Assembly: GCA_964016885.1 (NCBI GenBank)
Contig: OZ024740.1
Span: forward strand, 50,654,001 to 50,718,000
DNA length: 64,000 nucleotides
Origin: Eledone cirrhosa
Lineage: Eukaryota
Direction of reading: 5' to 3'
The stretch's first letter is position 1. Each line of letters begins with the position of its first letter. Below the pieces are notes generated by a model. The model did no database searches. It was given only the letters and a program-made list of their open reading frames with translations, and had not been told where the DNA came from. The position numbers and the translations under genes were made by a program. Shown here piece after piece: positions 1 to 10,124 of the stretch.

Positions 1-393
1 AAATTGTAGGTGTCATTACAAAAAGAACCTAGTCCAAACTGTAAAGTGATCTTCTAGGTGTCATTACAAAAAGCACCCAGTCCACACTGTAAAGTGGTCT
101 TGTAGGTGTCATTACAAAAAGCACCTAGTCCACACTGTAAAGTTATCTTCTAGGTGTCATTACAAAAAGCACCCAGTCCACACTGTAAAGTGGTCTTGTA
201 GGTGTCATTACAAAAAGCACCCAGTCCACACTGTAAAGTGGTCTTGTAGGTGTCATTACAAAAAGCACCTAGTCCACACTGTAAAGTGATCTTCTAGGTG
301 TCATTACAAAAAGCACCTAGTCCACACTGTAAAGTGATCTTGTAGGTGTCATTACAAAAAGCACACAGTCCACACCGTAAAGTGGTCTTGTAG

Positions 394-431
394 GTGTCAT
401 TACAAAAAGCACCTGTAAAGTGATTTTCTAG
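394..431. repeat. 38-bp truncated monomer (10-bp deletion, cacct^gtaaag), a HOR landmark seen 19 times
   Basis: Copies start at 394, 3262, 4547, 6263, 7979, 10607, 16355, 24743, 26941, 27652, 35608, 38093, 41345, 45269, 48521, 51869, 55793, 59045 and 61529. Confidence 0.93.
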
Positions 432-479
432 GTGTCATTACAAAAAGCACCTAGTCCACACTGTAAAGTGGTCTTGTAG

Positions 480-1631
480 GTGTCATTACAAAAAGCACCC
501 AGTCAAAACTGTAAAGTGGTCGTGTAGGTGTCATTACAAAAAGCATCTAGTCCACATTGTAAAGTGATCTTGTAGGTGTCATTACAAAAAGCACCTAGTC
601 CAAACTGTAAAGTGGTCTTGTAGATGTCATTACAAAAAGCACCCAGTCCACACTGTAAAGTGGTCTTGTAGGTGTTATTACAAAAAGCACCCAGTCAAAA
701 CTGTAAAGTGGTCGTGTAGGTGTCATTACAAAAAGCATCTAGTCCACATTGTAAAGTGATCTTGTAGGTGTCATTACAAAAAGCACCTAGTCCAAATTGT
801 AAAGTGGTCTTGTAGATGTCATTACAAAAAGCACCCAGTCCAAACTGTAAAGTGGTCGTGTAGGTGTCATTACAAAAAGCACCTAGTCCACACTGTAAAG
901 TGATCTTGTAGGTGTCATTATAAAAAGCATCTAGTTCACATTGTAAAGTGATCTTGTAGGTGTCATTACAAAAAGCACCTAGTCCAAACTGTAAAGTGGT
1001 CTTGTAGATGTCATTACAAAAAGCACCCAGTCCACACTGTAAAGTGGTCTTGTAGGTGTCATTACAAAAAGCACCCAGTCAAAACTGTAAAGTGGTCGTG
1101 TAGGTGTCATTACAAAAAGCATCTAGTCCACATTGTAAAGTGATCTTGTAGGTGTCATTACAAAAAGCACCTAGTCCAAACTGTAAAGTGGTCTTGTAGA
1201 TGTCATTACAAAAAGCACCCAGTCCACACTGTAAAGTGGTCTTGTAGGTGTTATTACAAAAAGCACCCAGTCAAAACTGTAAAGTGGTCGTGTAGGTGTC
1301 ATTACAAAAAGCATCTAGTCCACATTGTAAAGTGATCTTGTAGGTGTCATTACAAAAAGCACCTAGTCCAAATTGTAAAGTGGTCTTGTAGATGTCATTA
1401 CAAAAAGCACCCAGTCCAAACTGTAAAGTGGTCGTGTAGGTGTCATTACAAAAAGCACCTAGTCCACACTGTAAAGTGATCTTGTAGGTGTCATTATAAA
1501 AAGCATCTAGTTCACATTGTAAAGTGATCTTGTAGGTGTCATTACAAAAAGCACCTAGTCCAAACTGTAAAGTGGTCTTGTAGATGTCATTACAAAAAGC
1601 ACCCAGTCCACACTGTAAAGTGGTCTTGTAG
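480..1631. repeat. 576-bp (12-monomer) tandem duplication built on a 192-bp 4-monomer sub-repeat
   Basis: Variant gtgtTatta occurs at 676 and 1252, and variant cattaTaaaa at 921 and 1497; both offsets are 576. The 4-mer (gtcAAaact..gtcG / caTctag..caTtg / ccAaact..gAtgtc / consensus) recurs every 192 bp. Confidence 0.88.
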
Positions 1632-4600
1632 GTGTCATTACAAAAAGCACCCAGTCAAAACTGTAAAGTGGTCGTGTAGGTGTCATTACAAAAAGCATCT
1701 AGTCCACATTGTAAAGTGATCTTGTAGGTGTCATTACAAAAAGCACCTAGTCCAAACTGTAAAGTGGTCTTGTAGATGTCATTACAAAAAGCACCCAGTC
1801 CACACTGTAAAGTGGTCTTGTAGGTGTCATTACAAAAAGCACCCAGTCAAAACTGTAAAGTGGTCGTGTAGGTGTCATTACAAAAAGCATCTAGTCCACA
1901 TTGTAAAGTGATCTTGTAGGTGTCATTACAAAAAGCACCTAGTCCAAACTATAAAGTGGTCTTGTAGATGTCATTACAAAAAGCATCCAGTCCACACTGT
2001 AAAGTGGTCTTGTAGGTGTCATTAGAAAAAGCACACAGTCCACACTCTAAAGTGGTCTTGTAGGTGTCATTACAAAAAGCACCCAGTCCACACTGTAAAG
2101 TGGTCTTGTAGGTGTCATTACAAAAAGCACCCAGTCCAATCTGTAGAGTGGTCTTGTAGGTGTCATTACGAAAAGCACCCAGTCCAAACTGTAAAGTGGT
2201 CGTGTAGGTGTCATTACAAAAAGCACCTAGTCCACACTGTAAAGTGATCTTGTAGGCGTCATTATATAAACACCTAGTCCACACTGTAAAGTGATCTTGT
2301 AGGTGTCATTACAAAAAGCACCTAGTCCACATTGTAAAGTGATCTTGTAGGTGTCATTACAAAAAGGACCAAGTCCACACTGTTAAGTGGTCTTGTAGGT
2401 GTCATTACAAAAAGCATCTAGTCCACACTGTAAAGTGGTCTTGTAGATATCATTACAAAAAGCACCCAGTCCAAACTGTAAAGTGATCTTGTAGGTGTCA
2501 TTACAAAAAGCACCCAGTCCACACTGTAAAGTGGTCTTGTAGGTGTCATTACAAAAAGCACCTAGTCCACACTGTAAAGTGATCTTGTAGGTGTCATTAC
2601 AAAAAGCACCCAATCCACATTGTAAAGTGGTCTTCTAAGTGTCATTACAAAAAGCACCCAGTCCACACTGTAAAGTGGTCTTGTAGGTGTCATTACAAAA
2701 ACACCCAGTCCACACTGTAAAGTGGTCTTGTAAGTGTCATTACAAAAAGCACCTAGTCCACACTGTAAAGTGGTATTGTAGATGTCACTACAAAAAGCAC
2801 CCAGTCCAAACTGTAAAGTGGTCGTTAAGGTGTGATTACAAAAAGCATCTAGTCCACATTGTAAAGTGAAATTGTAGGTGTCATTACAAAAAGAACCTAG
2901 TCCAAACTGTAAAGTGATCTTCTAGGTGTCATTACAAAAAGCACCCAGTCCACACTGTAAAGTGGTCTTGTAGGTGTCATTACAAAAAGCACCTAGTCCA
3001 CACTGTAAAGTTATCTTCTAGGTGTCATTACAAAAAGCACCCAGTCCACACTGTAAAGTGGTCTTGTAGGTGTCATTACAAAAAGCACCCAGTCCACACT
3101 GTAAAGTGGTCTTGTAGGTGTCATTACAAAAAGCACCTAGTCCACACTGTAAAGTGATCTTCTAGGTGTCATTACAAAAAGCACCTAGTCCACACTGTAA
3201 AGTGATCTTGTAGGTGTCATTACAAAAAGCACACAGTCCACACCGTAAAGTGGTCTTGTAGGTGTCATTACAAAAAGCACCTGTAAAGTGATTTTCTAGG
3301 TGTCATTACAAAAAGCACCTAGTCCACACTGTAAAGTGGTCTTGTAGGTGTCATTACAAAAAGCACCCAGTCAAAACTGTAAAGTGGTCGTGTAGGTGTC
3401 ATTACAAAAAGCATCTAGTCCACATTGTAAAGTGATCTTGTAGGTGTCATTACAAAAAGCACCTAGTCCAAACTGTAAAGTGGTCTTGTAGATGTCATTA
3501 CAAAAAGCACCCAGTCCACACTGTAAAGTGGTCTTGTAGGTGTTATTACAAAAAGCACCCAGTCAAAACTGTAAAGTGGTCGTGTAGGTGTCATTACAAA
3601 AAGCATCTAGTCCACATTGTAAAGTGATCTTGTAGGTGTCATTACAAAAAGCACCTAGTCCAAACTATAAAGTGGTCTTGTAGATGTCATTACAAAAAGC
3701 ATCCAGTCCACACTGTAAAGTGGTCTTGTAGGTGTCATTACAAAAAGCACACAGTCCACACTCTAAAGTGGTCTTGTAGGTGTCATTACAAAAAGCACCC
3801 AGTCCACACTGTAAAGTGGTCTTGTAGGTGTCATTACAAAAAGCACCTAGTCCACACTGTAAAGTGATCTTGTAGGTGTCATTACAAAAAGCACCCAATC
3901 CACATTGTAAAGTGGTCTTCTAAGTGTCATTACAAAAAGCACCCAGTCCACACTGTAAAGTGGTCTTGTAGGTGTCATTACAAAAACACCCAGTCCACAC
4001 TGTAAAGTGGTCTTGTAAGTGTCATTACAAAAAGCACCTAGTCCACACTGTAAAGTGGTATTGTAGATGTCACTACAAAAAGCACCCAGTCCAAACTGTA
4101 AAGTGGTCGTTAAGGTGTGATTACAAAAAGCATCTAGTCCACATTGTAAAGTGAAATTGTAGGTGTCATTACAAAAAGAACCTAGTCCAAACTGTAAAGT
4201 GATCTTCTAGGTGTCATTACAAAAAGCACCCAGTCCACACTGTAAAGTGGTCTTGTAGGTGTCATTACAAAAAGCACCTAGTCCACACTGTAAAGTTATC
4301 TTCTAGGTGTCATTACAAAAAGCACCCAGTCCACACTGTAAAGTGGTCTTGTAGGTGTCATTACAAAAAGCACCCAGTCCACACTGTAAAGTGGTCTTGT
4401 AGGTGTCATTACAAAAAGCACCTAGTCCACACTGTAAAGTGATCTTCTAGGTGTCATTACAAAAAGCACCTAGTCCACACTGTAAAGTGATCTTGTAGGT
4501 GTCATTACAAAAAGCACACAGTCCACACCGTAAAGTGGTCTTGTAGGTGTCATTACAAAAAGCACCTGTAAAGTGATTTTCTAGGTGTCATTACAAAAAG

Positions 4601-7600
4601 CACCTAGTCCACACTGTAAAGTGGTCTTGTAGGTGTCATTACAAAAAGCACCCAGTCAAAACTGTAAAGTGGTCGTGTAGGTGTCATTACAAAAAGCATC
4701 TAGTCCACATTGTAAAGTGATCTTGTAGGTGTCATTACAAAAAGCACCTAGTCCAAACTGTAAAGTGGTCTTGTAGATGTCATTACAAAAAGCACCCAGT
4801 CCACACTGTAAAGTGGTCTTGTAGGTGTTATTACAAAAAGCACCCAGTCAAAACTGTAAAGTGGTCGTGTAGGTGTCATTACAAAAAGCATCTAGTCCAC
4901 ATTGTAAAGTGATCTTGTAGGTGTCATTACAAAAAGCACCTAGTCCAAACTATAAAGTGGTCTTGTAGATGTCATTACAAAAAGCATCCAGTCCACACTG
5001 TAAAGTGGTCTTGTAGGTGTCATTACAAAAAGCACACAGTCCACACTCTAAAGTGGTCTTGTAGGTGTCATTACAAAAAGCACCCAGTCCACACTGTAAA
5101 GTGGTCTTGTAGGTGTCATTACAAAAAGCACCCAGTCCAATCTGTAGAGTGGTCTTGTAGGTGTCATTACGAAAAGCACCCAGTCCAAACTGTAAAGTGG
5201 TCGTGTAGGTGTCATTACAAAAAGCACCTAGTCCACACTGTAAAGTGATCTTGTAGGCGTCATTATATAAACACCTAGTCCACACTGTAAAGTGATCTTG
5301 TAGGTGTCATTACAAAAAGCACCTAGTCCACATTGTAAAGTGATCTTGTAGGTGTCATTACAAAAAGGACCAAGTCCACACTGTTAAGTGGTCTTGTAGG
5401 TGTCATTACAAAAAGCATCTAGTCCACACTGTAAAGTGGTCTTGTAGATATCATTACAAAAAGCACCCAGTCCAAACTGTAAAGTGATCTTGTAGGTGTC
5501 ATTACAAAAAGCACCCAGTCCACACTGTAAAGTGGTCTTGTAGGTGTCATTACAAAAAGCACCTAGTCCACACTGTAAAGTGATCTTGTAGGTGTCATTA
5601 CAAAAAGCACCCAATCCACATTGTAAAGTGGTCTTCTAAGTGTCATTACAAAAAGCACCCAGTCCACACTGTAAAGTGGTCTTGTAGGTGTCATTACAAA
5701 AACACCCAGTCCACACTGTAAAGTGGTCTTGTAAGTGTCATTACAAAAAGCACCTAGTCCACACTGTAAAGTGGTATTGTAGATGTCACTACAAAAAGCA
5801 CCCAGTCCAAACTGTAAAGTGGTCGTTAAGGTGTGATTACAAAAAGCATCTAGTCCACATTGTAAAGTGAAATTGTAGGTGTCATTACAAAAAGAACCTA
5901 GTCCAAACTGTAAAGTGATCTTCTAGGTGTCATTACAAAAAGCACCCAGTCCACACTGTAAAGTGGTCTTGTAGGTGTCATTACAAAAAGCACCTAGTCC
6001 ACACTGTAAAGTTATCTTCTAGGTGTCATTACAAAAAGCACCCAGTCCACACTGTAAAGTGGTCTTGTAGGTGTCATTACAAAAAGCACCCAGTCCACAC
6101 TGTAAAGTGGTCTTGTAGGTGTCATTACAAAAAGCACCTAGTCCACACTGTAAAGTGATCTTCTAGGTGTCATTACAAAAAGCACCTAGTCCACACTGTA
6201 AAGTGATCTTGTAGGTGTCATTACAAAAAGCACACAGTCCACACCGTAAAGTGGTCTTGTAGGTGTCATTACAAAAAGCACCTGTAAAGTGATTTTCTAG
6301 GTGTCATTACAAAAAGCACCTAGTCCACACTGTAAAGTGGTCTTGTAGGTGTCATTACAAAAAGCACCCAGTCAAAACTGTAAAGTGGTCGTGTAGGTGT
6401 CATTACAAAAAGCATCTAGTCCACATTGTAAAGTGATCTTGTAGGTGTCATTACAAAAAGCACCTAGTCCAAACTGTAAAGTGGTCTTGTAGATGTCATT
6501 ACAAAAAGCACCCAGTCCACACTGTAAAGTGGTCTTGTAGGTGTTATTACAAAAAGCACCCAGTCAAAACTGTAAAGTGGTCGTGTAGGTGTCATTACAA
6601 AAAGCATCTAGTCCACATTGTAAAGTGATCTTGTAGGTGTCATTACAAAAAGCACCTAGTCCAAACTATAAAGTGGTCTTGTAGATGTCATTACAAAAAG
6701 CATCCAGTCCACACTGTAAAGTGGTCTTGTAGGTGTCATTACAAAAAGCACACAGTCCACACTCTAAAGTGGTCTTGTAGGTGTCATTACAAAAAGCACC
6801 CAGTCCACACTGTAAAGTGGTCTTGTAGGTGTCATTACAAAAAGCACCCAGTCCAATCTGTAGAGTGGTCTTGTAGGTGTCATTACGAAAAGCACCCAGT
6901 CCAAACTGTAAAGTGGTCGTGTAGGTGTCATTACAAAAAGCACCTAGTCCACACTGTAAAGTGATCTTGTAGGCGTCATTATATAAACACCTAGTCCACA
7001 CTGTAAAGTGATCTTGTAGGTGTCATTACAAAAAGCACCTAGTCCACATTGTAAAGTGATCTTGTAGGTGTCATTACAAAAAGGACCAAGTCCACACTGT
7101 TAAGTGGTCTTGTAGGTGTCATTACAAAAAGCATCTAGTCCACACTGTAAAGTGGTCTTGTAGATATCATTACAAAAAGCACCCAGTCCAAACTGTAAAG
7201 TGATCTTGTAGGTGTCATTACAAAAAGCACCCAGTCCACACTGTAAAGTGGTCTTGTAGGTGTCATTACAAAAAGCACCTAGTCCACACTGTAAAGTGAT
7301 CTTGTAGGTGTCATTACAAAAAGCACCCAATCCACATTGTAAAGTGGTCTTCTAAGTGTCATTACAAAAAGCACCCAGTCCACACTGTAAAGTGGTCTTG
7401 TAGGTGTCATTACAAAAACACCCAGTCCACACTGTAAAGTGGTCTTGTAAGTGTCATTACAAAAAGCACCTAGTCCACACTGTAAAGTGGTATTGTAGAT
7501 GTCACTACAAAAAGCACCCAGTCCAAACTGTAAAGTGGTCGTTAAGGTGTGATTACAAAAAGCATCTAGTCCACATTGTAAAGTGAAATTGTAGGTGTCA

Positions 7601-10124
7601 TTACAAAAAGAACCTAGTCCAAACTGTAAAGTGATCTTCTAGGTGTCATTACAAAAAGCACCCAGTCCACACTGTAAAGTGGTCTTGTAGGTGTCATTAC
7701 AAAAAGCACCTAGTCCACACTGTAAAGTTATCTTCTAGGTGTCATTACAAAAAGCACCCAGTCCACACTGTAAAGTGGTCTTGTAGGTGTCATTACAAAA
7801 AGCACCCAGTCCACACTGTAAAGTGGTCTTGTAGGTGTCATTACAAAAAGCACCTAGTCCACACTGTAAAGTGATCTTCTAGGTGTCATTACAAAAAGCA
7901 CCTAGTCCACACTGTAAAGTGATCTTGTAGGTGTCATTACAAAAAGCACACAGTCCACACCGTAAAGTGGTCTTGTAGGTGTCATTACAAAAAGCACCTG
8001 TAAAGTGATTTTCTAGGTGTCATTACAAAAAGCACCTAGTCCACACTGTAAAGTGGTCTTGTAGGTGTCATTACAAAAAGCACCCAGTCAAAACTGTAAA
8101 GTGGTCGTGTAGGTGTCATTACAAAAAGCATCTAGTCCACATTGTAAAGTGATCTTGTAGGTGTCATTACAAAAAGCACCTAGTCCAAACTGTAAAGTGG
8201 TCTTGTAGATGTCATTACAAAAAGCACCCAGTCCACACTGTAAAGTGGTCTTGTAGGTGTTATTACAAAAAGCACCCAGTCAAAACTGTAAAGTGGTCGT
8301 GTAGGTGTCATTACAAAAAGCATCTAGTCCACATTGTAAAGTGATCTTGTAGGTGTCATTACAAAAAGCACCTAGTCCAAATTGTAAAGTGGTCTTGTAG
8401 ATGTCATTACAAAAAGCACCCAGTCCAAACTGTAAAGTGGTCGTGTAGGTGTCATTACAAAAAGCACCTAGTCCACACTGTAAAGTGATCTTGTAGGTGT
8501 CATTATAAAAAGCATCTAGTTCACATTGTAAAGTGATCTTGTAGGTGTCATTACAAAAAGCACCTAGTCCAAACTGTAAAGTGGTCTTGTAGATGTCATT
8601 ACAAAAAGCACCCAGTCCACACTGTAAAGTGGTCTTGTAGGTGTCATTACAAAAAGCACACAGTCCACACTCTAAAGTGGTCTTGTAGGTGTCATTACAA
8701 AAAGCACCCAGTCCACACCGTAAAGTGATCTTGTAGGTGTCATTACAAAAAGCACCCAGTCCAATCTGTAAAGTGGTATTGTAGGTGTCATTACAAAAAG
8801 CACCCAGTCCAAACTGTAAAGTGGTCGTGTAGGTGTCATTACAAAAAGCATCTAGTCCACATTGAAAAGTGATCTTGTAGGTGTCATTACAAAAAGCACC
8901 TAGTCCAAACTGTAAAGTGGTCTTGTAGATGTCATTACAAAAAGCACCCAGTCCACACTGTAAAGTGGTCTTGTAGGTGTCATTACAAAAAGCACCCAGT
9001 CAAAACTGTAAAGTGGTCGAGTAGGTGTCATTACAAAAAGCATCTAGTCCACATTGTAAAGTGATCTTGTAGGTGTCATTACAAAAAGCACCTAGTCCAA
9101 ACTGTAAAGTGGTCTTGTAGATGTCATTACAAAAAGCACCCAGTCCACACTGTAAAGTGGTCTTGTAGGTGTCATTACAAAAAGCACCCAGTCAAAACTG
9201 TAAAGTGGTCGTGTAGGTGTCATTACAAAAAGCATCTAGTCCACATTGTAAAGTGATCTTGTAGGTGTCATTACAAAAAGCACCTAGTCCAAACTATAAA
9301 GTGGTCTTGTAGATGTCATTACAAAAAGCATCCAGTCCACACTGTAAAGTGGTCTTGTAGGTGTCATTACAAAAAGCACACAGTCCACACTCTAAAGTGG
9401 TCTTGTAGGTGTCATTACAAAAAGCACCCAGTCCACACTGTAAAGTGGTCTTGTAGGTGTCATTACAAAAAGCACCCAGTCCAATCTGTAGAGTGGTCTT
9501 GTAGGTGTCATTACGAAAAGCACCCAGTCCAAACTGTAAAGTGGTCGTGTAGGTGTCATTACAAACAGCACCTAGTCCACACTGTAAAGTGATCTTGTAG
9601 GCGTCATTATATAAACACCTAGTCCACACTGTAAAGTGATCTTGTAGGTGTCATTACAAAAAGCACCTAGTCCACATTGTAAAGTGATCTTGTAGGTGTC
9701 ATTACAAAAAGCACCAAGTCCACACTGTTAAGTGGTCTTGTAGTTGTCATTACAAAAAGCATCTAGTCCACACTGTAAAGTGGTCTTGTAGATATCATTA
9801 CAAAAAGCACCCAGTCCAAACTGTAAAGTGATCTTGTAGGTGTCATTACAAAAAGCACCCAGTCCACACTGTAAAGTGGTCTTGTAGGTGTCATTACAAA
9901 AAGCACCTAGTCCACACTGTAAAGTGATCTTGTAGGTGTCATTACAAAAAGCACCCAATCCACATTGTAAAGTGGTCTTCTAAGTGTCATTACAAAAAGC
10001 ACCCAGTCCACACTGTAAAGTGGTCTTGTAGGTGTCATTACAAAAACACCCAGTCCACACTGTAAAGTGGACTTGTAAGTGTCATTACAAAAAGCACCTA
10101 GTCCACACTGTAAAGTGGTATTGT

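Noticed and set aside
58-105. Telomerase-type telomeric repeat, CENP-B box or G-quadruplex
   Set aside because: There is only a TAGG-like 4-mer, with no TTAGG or TTAGGG runs. The CpG-containing CENP-B motif is absent, there is at most one GGG per monomer on the minus strand, and heritable HOR variants do not fit templated telomerase addition.
58-153. Satellite-encoded hammerhead ribozyme, as in newt, schistosome or cricket satellites
   Set aside because: The CUGANGA and GAAA core with three stems is absent from the consensus on both strands.
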